From: Burkholderiales bacterium
GTDB taxonomy: Bacteria; Pseudomonadota; Gammaproteobacteria; Burkholderiales; SG8-39
DNA: 64,000 bases
Assembly (NCBI GenBank): GCA_035499735.1
Contig: DATJYC010000043.1
Coordinates: forward strand, 15,182-79,181
Direction of reading: 5' to 3'
Below, piece after piece: positions 1 to 9,938 of this stretch. The notes beneath the pieces are model-generated. The model searched no databases, was not told the origin of the DNA, and saw nothing but the letters and a program-made list of their open reading frames with translations. The position numbers were made by a program, and so were the translations under genes. Positions within the stretch are counted from its first letter, which is position 1. Every line of letters starts with the position of its first letter.

Positions 1-1
1 C

Positions 2-184
2 GACGACAAGCAGCCCTGGGCCGATGCGCGCGTGCAGCCCGGACAGGAAGCCGGCCAGGCGCGCTTCGCGGAGAAATACTCCGAGCGCCCCGAGGAGGGC
101 GTGAAGCAGGTGTGCCAGGCGTTCGCGAACTGGAGCCACGAGAAGGCGCGCCTCGCGCGCATCGTCGTCAAGTACGCGCTCTGA
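2..184 (+). CDS. 3' end of a gene truncated by the window edge, product unknown
   Basis: Open frame from base 2 to TGA at 182-184 (DDKQPWADARVQ...ARIVVKYAL) with GC3-rich codons like neighbouring genes. Confidence 0.5.
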   Translation, partial: DDKQPWADARVQPGQEAGQARFAEKYSERPEEGVKQVCQAFANWSHEKARLARIVVKYAL

Positions 185-222
185 CCCGGCGCGATCGGAG
201 TCCGCGGGGTAGACTCCGCCCT

Positions 223-804
223 ATGCCTCCCGTCACCCAGTCGCTGCTCATCGCCAACGTCGTCGTGTTTCTGCTTCAGACGCAGACCGGGACCCTGCTG
301 GACCCGCTCGCATTGTGGCCGCCGGGCGCGGGGTTCGCGCCCTGGCAGCTCGTGACCTACGGATTTCTCCACGGAAGCTTTGCGCACATCTTCTTCAACA
401 TGCTCGGCCTTTGGATGTTCGGAAGCGACATTGAGCGGCTGTTCGGGTCGCGCTACTTCCTGACCTACTACTTTGCATGCCTCGTGTCCGCGGCGCTGTG
501 CCAGCTCGTCATCGTTTCCCTCGCGGGCGGCCCCGCTTACCCGACCGTGGGCGCCTCGGGCGCGCTTTACGGGCTGCTGCTCGCCTTCGGAATGTACTTT
601 CCGCGGCGCATGGTGATGCTGATCTTCCCACCCATCCCGATGCCGGCGCGCGTGTTCGTGATCGTGTTCGGCGGGCTCGAGCTGCTGTACGGGGTGATGG
701 GCACCACCGACGGCGTCGCGCACTTCGCGCACCTCGGCGGCATGCTCGGCGGCTGGCTGGTGATCCAGTACCGCAGGCGCGGCTTTCCGTTCAGCCGGCG
801 ATAG
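223..804 (+). CDS. Rhomboid family intramembrane serine protease
   Basis: Hydrophobic protein with HGSFAHIFFNM, GASG (catalytic Ser) and AHFAHLGG (catalytic His). Start placed at ATG 223. Confidence 0.92.
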   Translation: MPPVTQSLLIANVVVFLLQTQTGTLLDPLALWPPGAGFAPWQLVTYGFLHGSFAHIFFNMLGLWMFGSDIERLFGSRYFLTYYFACLVSAALCQLVIVSLAGGPAYPTVGASGALYGLLLAFGMYFPRRMVMLIFPPIPMPARVFVIVFGGLELLYGVMGTTDGVAHFAHLGGMLGGWLVIQYRRRGFPFSRR

Positions 805-895
805 CGCTCCACTTCTTCGCCATCCACTCCGTCGTGCACGGCGTGTGCGCATACGGCGTGAAAGTCGCGTGCGCCCCCGCAATTCCCGCGCTACC

Positions 896-3391
896 ATGAT
901 TCCCGCGCCACGCCTTCGGGCCCAGAAAATGACCGCTACAGGACCAGGCGGCAGCAAGCTCGCCGGCGCCGCGATCGGCGCGGCGCTCGCGCTGCTCGGG
1001 GCCATCGTTGCGGCGGGCTGGATATTTCGAGCCCCGGCGCTGGTGCAGGTGTTCCCCGGCCTGACGCCGATGGTGTTCAACACCGCGATCTGCTTCGCCC
1101 TCGCGGGAACCTGGCTCGTGCTGGCGGCGCTGCGGCAGGGCTGGCGGCGCGCCGCGCGCGCCCTCGCCGCCGGTCTGCTCGCCCTTGCCGGCGCAGTGAC
1201 CCTGCAATACGTCCTCGGCGCCGATCTGGGCATCGACAGTCCCGCGCTGCATCGCTGGCTGGCCTCGAGCGGGCGCATGTCGGCGTTCACCGGGATCGCC
1301 TTTACCGCCGCCGGCCTCGCGATGCTGATCGAGACGGCACCTTCGCAGCCGCGAAGCGACTGGCTCTCCCCGGCGCTCGCGACTCTGGTCGGCGTCGTCG
1401 GCGCGCTGGCGCTGGTCGGCTATCTGTTCGAGCTGCACCTCGTCTTCGCCCGCTATCCACTCGGCCTGGTCGCGCTTCACACCGCCGTGGGGCTCGTTGC
1501 CCTGTCCGTCGGGCTGTGGCTCCAGCTGCTGCGCGAGGACCGCGTTCCCTTCTGGACGAGACTCGAGCCGCAGGACCGCATCACTCTCGGATCAGTCGCC
1601 ACCCTCACGCTGGTCGCGCTCGCCGTGGCGGTCAGCGTGTTCGCGGCGCTGCAGGCGCGCGTCACGCAGGCGCTGAGCGACGGCCTCGCAACCGCGCTGC
1701 GCTACCGCGTGTTGCTCGCCGAAGAGGCGATCGAAGCCGGGCTGGAGCGCACCCGCATCCTGGCGGGGCGACCGGCGCCGGCGAGGCTGCTGCGCCGTAT
1801 CGCCGAGCGTCCCAACGACAGCGAAGCGCTCGCCCAGCTCTCCCAGAGCGTCGCGAGCCTCATCGCAGACGGCTACCTCGCCGCGTCCTACTACGATGCC
1901 GCCGGTCGCGAGCTCGTTTCCGCCGGCCGGCGCGCGCAGACTCCGGTCCTCGCCGTCCCCCTTCGCGGCGTGTCCGGAGCGGAGCTCGCCTGGCAGGAAC
2001 AAAGCGTGGTCACGGGACACTATCCGATCTCGGACCCGGGTGGCGCGGTGGGGTCCGCGCTCGTCCGCTCGCCGCTGCCTGCCTTCGATGCCCTGCTCAA
2101 CGACACCTACCGTTTCGGAGCAAGCGGCGAGTCGGCGGTGTGCGCAAGGCAGGGCGAGCGGCTCGGCTGTTTCCCGCAGCCGCGCATACCCAAGGTGCAT
2201 TTCGTCCCACTGAAGACGGCCGACGGCGAGTTGCTGCCGATGAGCCGGGGGTTGGCCGGCGAAACCGGCGTATCGCTGACCAGCGACTTTCGCGGGCAGC
2301 GCGTCATGGCCGCCTACAGTCCGATCGGCCGGTACGGCCTCGCCATGGTCGTGAAGATCGACACCGCGGAGTTCTACGCGCCGGTTCGCGAACGGCTGCA
2401 GTTCGTGCTGCCGATCCTGGTCGTGCTCGTTGCAGCCGGCACGTTCCTCTTGCGCATAGGCGTCCAGCCGCTCGCCGACCGGCTCGCGCGCTCCGAGCGC
2501 GACGCGCAGGAGCGCCACCACGCGCTCGAGGCGATGATGGCCAATGTTGCCGACGGCATCATGCTGCTCGACGCCGACGGCACGATCCGCTCCTGGAACG
2601 CGGCGGCCGAGCACCTTTTCGGATACCTCATGAGCGAGGTCGTCGGCCGCAACGTGTCGATTCTGGTGCCGGTAGAGCTGCGTGAGTCGAACATCGCCTC
2701 GACGCGCCGCTTCCTCTCCACGGGCCAGAGCAACGTCGTCGGCCAGGGCAACCTGAGCTACCCTGCGCTGCGCAAGGACGGCTCCCGGTTCGAGCTCGAG
2801 TTCGCGGTCACCCGGATGGGAAGCGGGAAGACGCCGCAGCTCGTCGCGGTGTTCCGCGACATCACCGAGCGCAAGGCGGCCGAGCACCGCCTCTCCCGGC
2901 TCGCGCTCTACGACGCGCTCACCGGCCTGCCCAACCGCGCGAGCTTCGAGCGGCGCGTCGAGGAGGCGCTGCAGCGCCGCCGCCGCGGCGACACCCAGCT
3001 CGCGATCCTGCTGATGGACGTCGACAACTTCAAGAGGGTCAACGACTCCCTGGGACACGCGGCCGGGGATCTGCTGCTGGCGGGGTTCGCGAATCGTCTC
3101 GTGGCGGGGCTGCGCGAGACCGACATGGTCGCGCGGATCGGCGGCGACGAATTCACGATCGTCGCCGAGGGACTGAAGGACGCCGGCAACGCCATCGCGA
3201 TCGCGGACAAGATGCTCGCGGCGATGCGGGACCCATTCGACATCGAGGGGCGCAAGCTCGCCGCCTCGACGAGCATCGGCATCGCGCTCTACCGCGACGG
3301 GGACACGCTGCAATCTCTCATGAAGCGCGCCGATTCGGCGCTGTACGAGGCAAAAGGCGCGGGGCGCGCGCGATACCGCGTCGCCGCGTGA
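896..3391 (+). CDS. Membrane diguanylate cyclase (multi-TM, periplasmic Cache-like domain, PAS, GGDEF)
   Basis: Several N-terminal TM helices, PAS (DGIMLLDADGTIRSWNAAAEHLFGY...RKDGSRF), D.LTGLPNR, RIGGDEF and an intact RxxD I-site (RETD). Start is ATG 896 or 929. Confidence 0.9.
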   Translation: MIPAPRLRAQKMTATGPGGSKLAGAAIGAALALLGAIVAAGWIFRAPALVQVFPGLTPMVFNTAICFALAGTWLVLAALRQGWRRAARALAAGLLALAGAVTLQYVLGADLGIDSPALHRWLASSGRMSAFTGIAFTAAGLAMLIETAPSQPRSDWLSPALATLVGVVGALALVGYLFELHLVFARYPLGLVALHTAVGLVALSVGLWLQLLREDRVPFWTRLEPQDRITLGSVATLTLVALAVAVSVFAALQARVTQALSDGLATALRYRVLLAEEAIEAGLERTRILAGRPAPARLLRRIAERPNDSEALAQLSQSVASLIADGYLAASYYDAAGRELVSAGRRAQTPVLAVPLRGVSGAELAWQEQSVVTGHYPISDPGGAVGSALVRSPLPAFDALLNDTYRFGASGESAVCARQGERLGCFPQPRIPKVHFVPLKTADGELLPMSRGLAGETGVSLTSDFRGQRVMAAYSPIGRYGLAMVVKIDTAEFYAPVRERLQFVLPILVVLVAAGTFLLRIGVQPLADRLARSERDAQERHHALEAMMANVADGIMLLDADGTIRSWNAAAEHLFGYLMSEVVGRNVSILVPVELRESNIASTRRFLSTGQSNVVGQGNLSYPALRKDGSRFELEFAVTRMGSGKTPQLVAVFRDITERKAAEHRLSRLALYDALTGLPNRASFERRVEEALQRRRRGDTQLAILLMDVDNFKRVNDSLGHAAGDLLLAGFANRLVAGLRETDMVARIGGDEFTIVAEGLKDAGNAIAIADKMLAAMRDPFDIEGRKLAASTSIGIALYRDGDTLQSLMKRADSALYEAKGAGRARYRVAA

Positions 3392-4609
3392 TCAGAAAGG
3401 CGTGGCGAGCAGGTCCGGCCCGATCTCTGCGATCGAGCGCACGCCGGCGAGCTGCATCGAGCGGTACAGCTCGTCGCGCAGGATCTCGATCGCGCGGCGC
3501 GCGCCCGCCTCGCCCGCGGCGACGGCGCCGTAGAGCGTCGCGCGCCCGAGCATCACGCCCTCGGCCCCGAGCGCGACCGCCTTGATCGCGTCGACTCCAC
3601 GCCGCACGCCGCCGTCGACCAGCACGCTCATCCTGCCTTTCACCGCGCGCACGACGGCCGGCAGGGCGTCCATGCCCGAGGCCGCGCCGTCGAGCTGGCG
3701 CCCGCCGTGGTTGGACACGACGACCGCGTCCACTCCGATGGAGGCAAGCCGCTCCGCGTCCTCGGCCCGCAGGATGCCCTTCACCAGCATCTTCCCCGGC
3801 CAGCGGTCGCGCATCGCCTTGAGGTCGTCCCAGTTGAAATCGGCGTCCCAGTACTGGCCGACCGACGAGGCGATCTCGGCGGCGCTCTTCGCCTCCGGCG
3901 CGAACGCGGCGACGTTCTCCAGCAGCGGCATGCCGTAGCGGAGCACGTCGAGGACCCACAGCGGCCGCGTGGCGAAATCCAGGACGTTGCGCGGCGTGAA
4001 GCGGAAGCGGATCGCGAAGTCGTTGTAGAAGTCGCGCTCGCGCTTGCCGCCCACCGGTACGTCGACCGTGACCATCAGCGCCTCGTACCCGAAGTGCCGC
4101 GCGCGATCGACGAGCTCGGCCGTCATCTTCGGGTCGCGGAAGATGTAGATCTGGAACCAGAGGCGCCCGCCGGCCTCGCGCGCGATGCGCTCGATCGACG
4201 CGGTCGCCATGGTGGACAGCGTATACGGGATGCCGGCCGCGGCGGCCGCGCGCGCCACGCCCACGTCGGCGAACGGCCACCCGAAGCCGATTCCGCCCGT
4301 GGGGCCGACCGCGATCGGCATTCTCGAGAGTCCGCCGAGGAGCGACGTCGAGGTGTCCACGCGCTCGACGCCGGTGAGCATCTTCGGCAGCAGGCGCACT
4401 CTTTCGAAGGCGGCGCGGTTCTCGCGCAGCGTGATCTCGTCCTCCGCCGCGCCGTCGAAGAAATCGAATATCGCGCGCGGCAGCCGCCGCTTCGCCATCG
4501 CCCGCAGGTCGGCGATGTTCCAGGCGCGCCGCACGCGCCGCGATGCCCGCAACGAGGCCGGGCAGGAGGGCCTTGCTTCCGCGACCGCGCCGAGATCGTT
4601 CGTCTTCAT
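3392..4609 (-). CDS. FMN-dependent alpha-hydroxy acid oxidase/dehydrogenase (lactate/mandelate/glycolate oxidase family)
   Basis: DFFDGAAEDEITLREN, SNHGGRQLD and DGGVRRG.D motifs. ATG at 4609 overlaps the upstream stop (ATGA). Confidence 0.9.
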   Translation of the reverse strand: MKTNDLGAVAEARPSCPASLRASRRVRRAWNIADLRAMAKRRLPRAIFDFFDGAAEDEITLRENRAAFERVRLLPKMLTGVERVDTSTSLLGGLSRMPIAVGPTGGIGFGWPFADVGVARAAAAAGIPYTLSTMATASIERIAREAGGRLWFQIYIFRDPKMTAELVDRARHFGYEALMVTVDVPVGGKRERDFYNDFAIRFRFTPRNVLDFATRPLWVLDVLRYGMPLLENVAAFAPEAKSAAEIASSVGQYWDADFNWDDLKAMRDRWPGKMLVKGILRAEDAERLASIGVDAVVVSNHGGRQLDGAASGMDALPAVVRAVKGRMSVLVDGGVRRGVDAIKAVALGAEGVMLGRATLYGAVAAGEAGARRAIEILRDELYRSMQLAGVRSIAEIGPDLLATPF

Positions 4610-5571
4610 TCGAGCGTGACGTGCGCGGCCTTGATGACGCGCGCCCAGCGCTCGTGGTCCTTCTTCAGGAAAGCGGCGAACTCCGCGGGCGTGTCGGCGA
4701 TGATGACGGCACCGAGCGCCTTGACGCGCTCGCGCGTCTCGGGCCTGGCGAGGGACTTGCGCATCTCCTCGCTCAGGCGCTCGACGACGGCCTTGGGCGT
4801 CGCCGCCGGGGCAAGCATTCCCACCCAAGGCGCGGTCTCCTCGAAGCCCGGGAACCCGGCCTGCGCCATGGTCGGCACACCCGGGAAATCCGGACGCGGC
4901 CCGGTCGTTCCGATGGCGAGCACCTTGAGCTTCCCCGCCGCGACCTGGTCCGCGATGCCGACGACCGGATAGAACATATAGGTGACGCGGCCCGCCATCA
5001 CCTCGGCGAGCGCAGGCCCGTTCCCCTTGAAAGGGACGCTGAGCATCTTAGTCCCGGTGACGTTTTCGAGCATCGCGCCCGCGAGGTGCGACGAGCCGCC
5101 GATCCCCGGTGTCCCGTAGCTCACTTCGCCGGGCTTCGCCTTCGCGCGCGCCACCAGCTCCCCCACCGAGCCGATCCCCGTCTGCGGGCTCGTCACGACG
5201 ACCATCGGCAGCGCCGCCGCGTTGCTGATGGGCGCGAAGTCCCTGAACGGATCGTAGTGGACCTTGTCGGGCTGCAGGATCGCGTTGACAAGCAGCGACA
5301 GCGAGGAGAACAGCGTCGTGTAGCCGTCCGGCGCCGACTGCGCCACGGCGTCCGTCGCGATGATCGCGTTCGCGCCCGGCCGGTTCTCCACGATGAAAGA
5401 CTGTCCCAGCGACGCCGTCATGTCCCCCGCGACGATGCGCGCGATGACGTCGGTCGGCCCGCCCGCGGCGAAGCCGACCAGGATCCTGACCGGCCGGGCC
5501 GGATAGTTTTGCGCGGCAGCGGCGCCGCAGAGCGCGAGCAGCGCGAGTGAAAGAACCGCCTTTCTCATCAT
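4606..5571 (-). CDS. Bug/TctC tripartite tricarboxylate transporter substrate-binding protein
   Basis: Signal peptide, YPARPVRILVGFAAGGPTD, ENRPGA, PDGYT and C-terminal WARVIK. Confidence 0.93.
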   Translation of the reverse strand: MMRKAVLSLALLALCGAAAAQNYPARPVRILVGFAAGGPTDVIARIVAGDMTASLGQSFIVENRPGANAIIATDAVAQSAPDGYTTLFSSLSLLVNAILQPDKVHYDPFRDFAPISNAAALPMVVVTSPQTGIGSVGELVARAKAKPGEVSYGTPGIGGSSHLAGAMLENVTGTKMLSVPFKGNGPALAEVMAGRVTYMFYPVVGIADQVAAGKLKVLAIGTTGPRPDFPGVPTMAQAGFPGFEETAPWVGMLAPAATPKAVVERLSEEMRKSLARPETRERVKALGAVIIADTPAEFAAFLKKDHERWARVIKAAHVTLE

Positions 5572-6455
5572 GCCTCCGTCGTTTCCGGTTGGAACATCGT
5601 CGCCATGACCTGGCAGCGCTTGATCAGGCGGGGCTCGTCCGGCCCGTAGTCCGCCACCGCGTTGTGTATCGTGCCGATGTCCTCCCACATGAGGACGTCG
5701 CCCTCCCGCCAGCGGAAGGCGTAGCGGTATTCGGCCTTCAGCTGGTGCTCGAAGAGGAACCCGAGCGTGCGCTCGCTCTCCTTCTCCGGAAGCTCGTTGA
5801 TGCGCACCGCGTACCCCGGGTTCGCGTAGAGCACTCGGCGCCCGGTGACCGGGTGGGCGAGGAAGACCGGGTGCGAGACCGGGGGCTTCGCCTTGCGCTG
5901 CGCCTCGGTGAGCGGCGGTCGCTTGCTGCCCTTCTCGCGCCTCATCATCTCCCAGAACTTGTTGAAGTCGTGCAGCACGGTCATGCCCTCGAGATCCCGC
6001 TTCAGCTCCCCGGGCAGGTCCTCGTACGCCGCGTGCATGTTTGAGAACTCGGTGGCGCCCAGCGCCTTCCCGCCGCGCATCGGGATCTTGATCCCGTAGA
6101 GCACGTTCGCAAAGGCGATGGTCCGGCTGTATGACATGTCGGTATGCCAGTCCTGCCCGGCGTCAGCGAGGCCGATCGGCTTGCCGTCCTCGACGATGTT
6201 GGAGAGGATCATCACCTCGGGGATTCCGGGCTCCTGGTAGGCGTTGGCGACGTTGATCTCGAGCTCGCCGAAGCGCCGGGAGAAATCCGCGAGCTGCCTT
6301 CCCGTGAGCTTCTGCGCTGGAAAGCACACCACGCCGCGCTCGCCCAGCGTGCGCACCACGCCGTCGAACTGCTCCCGCGAGAGCGGCCGGGACAGATCGA
6401 GCCCCTCGATCGTCGCGCCCAGCGTCTCCCCGGTGGTCGTCACTTTCATCGGCAT
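5568..6455 (-). CDS. TauD/TfdA family Fe(II)/2-oxoglutarate dioxygenase
   Basis: HxD (WHTDMSY), HPV, WREGDVLMWED, distal His (IHNAV) and Arg (IKRC). Confidence 0.9.
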   Translation of the reverse strand: MPMKVTTTGETLGATIEGLDLSRPLSREQFDGVVRTLGERGVVCFPAQKLTGRQLADFSRRFGELEINVANAYQEPGIPEVMILSNIVEDGKPIGLADAGQDWHTDMSYSRTIAFANVLYGIKIPMRGGKALGATEFSNMHAAYEDLPGELKRDLEGMTVLHDFNKFWEMMRREKGSKRPPLTEAQRKAKPPVSHPVFLAHPVTGRRVLYANPGYAVRINELPEKESERTLGFLFEHQLKAEYRYAFRWREGDVLMWEDIGTIHNAVADYGPDEPRLIKRCQVMATMFQPETTEA

Positions 6456-6461
6456 CGGATT

Positions 6462-7250
6462 CTACGCCAGGCGCACCGCGACGCCTTCGAGCCCGGCGCC
6501 CGCCGCGGGGAAGCGCTTCATGACCAGCGGGTCGTGGCCCGGCACGACGAGCCCGGGCGCGTCCGCGAGCTCGGCGAGCCGCCGCCATCCCGCCACCATC
6601 TTCGGGACGTCGCAGACGATCGGAAAGGGCCGCTTCTCGCCCATGTTGGCGTAGAGATGGCTCGCGTCGGATGCGAGCACCATCCAGCCCGAGCGCGTGC
6701 GGATGCGTACCGCCTGAAGCCCCTCGGTGTGGCCGGCGATGCGGTGCAGCGACACGCCGGGCGCGAGCTCGGCGTCGCCGTCGTGAAAGCGCACCCGCCC
6801 CTTGTAGACCTCGCGGACCATCGCCACGACCTCGTCCACCTCGTAGGCGTGGCTGAAGAACTTCTCCGCCATGTGACGGCCGGTCGCGTACGCCATCTCG
6901 TCGTCCTGCAGGTGGAAGGTCGCGGCGGGGAAGAGACCGAAGTTGCCGACGTGGTCGTAGTGCAGGTGGGTGACGATCACGTCCTTCACGGTCTTTGCGT
7001 CGACTCCGAGGCGCGCGAGGCCCTGCTCGGGCGGCACGAGCGTCTTCCTGCCGCGCCGCGCGCCGACCCCGGCGTCGAATCCCGTGTCGATCACGAAGGT
7101 GCGCGAGGCCGAGCGCCCGAGCCACACGAAGTAATCGAGGTCGCTGCCGGCCTCGTGCGGATCGCCGCCGATGAAGTTCTCGCTCGCCTTGCGGCCCGAC
7201 AGGGTCGCGTACCTGATCGCGAAGACTTCGTAGGTGTTAGAGTTGTCCAA
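6462..7250 (-). CDS. MBL-fold hydrolase, N-acyl homoserine lactonase-like
   Basis: THLHYDHVG, GHTEG, SDASH and PGHD metal ligands. TTG start. Confidence 0.85.
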   Translation of the reverse strand: MDNSNTYEVFAIRYATLSGRKASENFIGGDPHEAGSDLDYFVWLGRSASRTFVIDTGFDAGVGARRGRKTLVPPEQGLARLGVDAKTVKDVIVTHLHYDHVGNFGLFPAATFHLQDDEMAYATGRHMAEKFFSHAYEVDEVVAMVREVYKGRVRFHDGDAELAPGVSLHRIAGHTEGLQAVRIRTRSGWMVLASDASHLYANMGEKRPFPIVCDVPKMVAGWRRLAELADAPGLVVPGHDPLVMKRFPAAGAGLEGVAVRLA

Positions 7251-7324
7251 GCGTTGCTGCGGCTCCCTTCCCGCTCGGAGCCAGTATAGCTAGGATGAGA
7301 GCGGGAAGCCTGAACGGAGGGGGG

Positions 7325-9100
7325 ATGGGACAGACGCTCGAGCACGGCCTGCGCCTCGCGCCGGCGCAGGTCGACGTCGTGCGGCGCGCCGACGGCACGA
7401 CGCTGCTGCGCTCGCCGCAGCCGCTGTCGCGCCACGCGCGCGCGGTCGGCGAGTGGCTGGTGAGTTGGGCGGCCGAGACCCCGGAGCGCTGCTTCCTCGC
7501 CGAGCGCCAGGGCGACGCGTGGCGCAAAGTCGGCTACCGCGAGGCGCTCGCGCTCGCCCGCCGCATCGGCCAGGGGCTACTCGCGCGCGGCCTCGACGCC
7601 TCGAAGCCGGTCGCGATCCTGTCCGACAATTCGATCGATCACGCCCTGCTCGCGCTCGGCGCGATGCACGTGGGCGTTCCGGTCGCGCCCATCTCGCCCG
7701 CCTACTCGCTGATGTCCAGAGACTTCGCCAAGCTCAAGGCCATCTTCGGGCTGCTCAAGCCGGGCCTCGTCTGGACTTCCGATCCGGAGAAGTTCGCGCC
7801 GGCGCTCGCCGCGGTCGGCGGGAGCGCCACCCCGCTCGCGGAGCTGCTCGCGCGCGCCCCCGGCCCCGAAGTCGACCGGGCGTTCTCGCGCATCGGGCCG
7901 GAGACGGTGGCGAAGGTCCTGTTCACCTCGGGGTCGACGGGCACGCCGAAGGGCGTGATCAACACCCACCGCATGCTCGCCGCGAACCAGGAGCAGTACG
8001 CGATGGTGTGGCCGTTCCTCGAGGAGCTGCCGCTCGTGCTCGTCGACTGGCTGCCCTGGAACCATACCTTCGGCGGCAACAGCAATTTCTTCATGATGCT
8101 GAGGAACGGCGGGACGATCCACATCGACGCGGGCAAGCCCGCGCCCGGGCTCGTCGAGACGAGCGTGCGCAACCTGAAGGAGGTCTCGCCGACGATGTAC
8201 TTCAACGTGCCGCGCGGCTTCGACCTGCTGCTCCCCTTCCTCGAGCGCGACGCGGAGCTGCGGAAGAGCTTCTTCCGCGAGCTCGAGTGGATGGTGTACG
8301 CGGGCGCAGCGCTGCCGCAGAACCTGTGGGATCGCATGCAGCAGCTGGCGCTCGCCGAGCGCGGCACGCGGCTGCCGCTGATCTCGGCCTGGGGCTCCAC
8401 CGAGACCGCGCCGCTCGCGACCTGCGTGCACTACCCGGTCGACCGCGCCGGCATCGTCGGGCTCCCGGTTCCAGGCTGCGAGCTCAAGCTCGTGCCCTCC
8501 GCCGGCAAGCTCGAGGTGCGCGTAAAGGGCCCGAACGTCACCCCGGGCTACTTCGGGCGCGACGACCTCACCCGCGCCGCGTTCGACGAGGAAGGCTATT
8601 ACCGCATCGGCGATGCCCTCAAGTTCGCCGATCCCAGGCGCCCCGAGCAGGGGCTCGCGTTCGACGGCCGAACGGCCGAGGACTTCAAGCTGTCCACCGG
8701 CACCTGGGTGCACGTCGGCGCGACGCGCATCAGGCTGATCGCCGCAGGCGACCCGCTCATCCAGGACGCGGTGATCACCGGCCACGGGCGAGCCGAGGTA
8801 GGCGCGCTCATCTTCCTCAACGCCGCGGCGGTGAAGGCGATGGGACTGGACGCGGACGCAGTGCGCGCGCGCCTGCTCGCGGCGATGCAAAAGCTCGCCA
8901 CGGAGACGGGCTCGGGCAGCTCGACGCACCCGGTGCGCGCGCTCGTCGTGGCCGATCCGCCCTCGATCGACGCCAACGAGATCACCGACAAGGGCTACAT
9001 CAACCAGCGCGCGGTGCTCGAGCGGCGCGCTGCGCTGGTCGAGGCGCTGCACGCCGATCTGCCGGGCGCCGAGGTCGTCCTCGCGCCGGCGCACAAATAG
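7325..9100 (+). CDS. fcs: Feruloyl-CoA synthetase-like acyl-CoA ligase
   Basis: AMP-binding FTSGSTGTPKGV, DWLPWNHTFGGN, FDGRTAEDFKLSTGTWV and EITDKGYINQRAVL, typical of Fcs/HcaC. GGAGG RBS before ATG 7325. Confidence 0.88.
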   Translation: MGQTLEHGLRLAPAQVDVVRRADGTTLLRSPQPLSRHARAVGEWLVSWAAETPERCFLAERQGDAWRKVGYREALALARRIGQGLLARGLDASKPVAILSDNSIDHALLALGAMHVGVPVAPISPAYSLMSRDFAKLKAIFGLLKPGLVWTSDPEKFAPALAAVGGSATPLAELLARAPGPEVDRAFSRIGPETVAKVLFTSGSTGTPKGVINTHRMLAANQEQYAMVWPFLEELPLVLVDWLPWNHTFGGNSNFFMMLRNGGTIHIDAGKPAPGLVETSVRNLKEVSPTMYFNVPRGFDLLLPFLERDAELRKSFFRELEWMVYAGAALPQNLWDRMQQLALAERGTRLPLISAWGSTETAPLATCVHYPVDRAGIVGLPVPGCELKLVPSAGKLEVRVKGPNVTPGYFGRDDLTRAAFDEEGYYRIGDALKFADPRRPEQGLAFDGRTAEDFKLSTGTWVHVGATRIRLIAAGDPLIQDAVITGHGRAEVGALIFLNAAAVKAMGLDADAVRARLLAAMQKLATETGSGSSTHPVRALVVADPPSIDANEITDKGYINQRAVLERRAALVEALHADLPGAEVVLAPAHK

Positions 9101-9116
9101 CATGAAGGAGAAAGCA

Positions 9117-9938
9117 ATGGCATTGCCGAAGTTCGAGACTGTCAAGGTCGACGTCGCCGAGAACATCGCCTGGCTGACGATGAACCGCCCGGAGAAGCGC
9201 AACGCGATGACGCCCCGGATGCACGAGGAGATGATCGTCGCCCTGGGCGAGCTCGCCGTCTCCCCGGAGGCCGGGGTGCTGGTGCTCACCGGCGCGGGCG
9301 AGAGCTGGAGCGCAGGCCAGGACATCGACCTCTTCTTCCGCGACCTCGACGACAAGCCGGTGAAGAAGCGCCGCGCGCTGTACGCCAGCCAGGAATGGCG
9401 GTGGAACCAGCTCGCGCACTTTCCCAAGCCGACGATCGCCATGGTGAACGGCTACTGCTACGGCGCCGCGTTCACTCCGCTCGTCGCCTGCGATTTCGCG
9501 ATCGCCGCCGAGGACGCGAAGTTCGGACTGTCGGAGATCAACTGGGGGATCCTGCCCGGAGGGCTCGTCTCCAAGGTGATGCTCGACGCGTGCAGCTACC
9601 GCGACGCCAAGTGGTACGCGCTCACCGGCGAGCCCTTCGACGGCCGGGTCGCGGAGAAGATCCGCCTGGTCAACTACGCCGTGCCGCGCGCGCAGCTCCG
9701 CGAGGAGACGGTCAAGCTCGCAAGGACGCTGCTCGCCAAGAACCCGCAGGTCTACAAGTCGGTGAAGGAGGTCATGCACCACATCCGCGGCATGGACGTC
9801 GAGCAGGCGACCGACTACCTGAGGGCGAAGGAAATGGAGATGCGCTTCATGGACCGCGAGGGCGGGCGCGCCAAGGGCATGAAGCAGTTCCTCGACGACA
9901 AGACCTACCGCCCGGGGCTGGAGACCTACAAGCGCTGA
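9117..9938 (+). CDS. ech: p-hydroxycinnamoyl-CoA hydratase/lyase (HCHL)-like crotonase
   Basis: NRPEKRNAM, FGLSEINWG and C-terminal GMKQFLDDK.Y.PGL.TYKR match the HCHL subfamily. Active-site Tyr changes are described under findings. Confidence 0.82.
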   Translation: MALPKFETVKVDVAENIAWLTMNRPEKRNAMTPRMHEEMIVALGELAVSPEAGVLVLTGAGESWSAGQDIDLFFRDLDDKPVKKRRALYASQEWRWNQLAHFPKPTIAMVNGYCYGAAFTPLVACDFAIAAEDAKFGLSEINWGILPGGLVSKVMLDACSYRDAKWYALTGEPFDGRVAEKIRLVNYAVPRAQLREETVKLARTLLAKNPQVYKSVKEVMHHIRGMDVEQATDYLRAKEMEMRFMDREGGRAKGMKQFLDDKTYRPGLETYKR

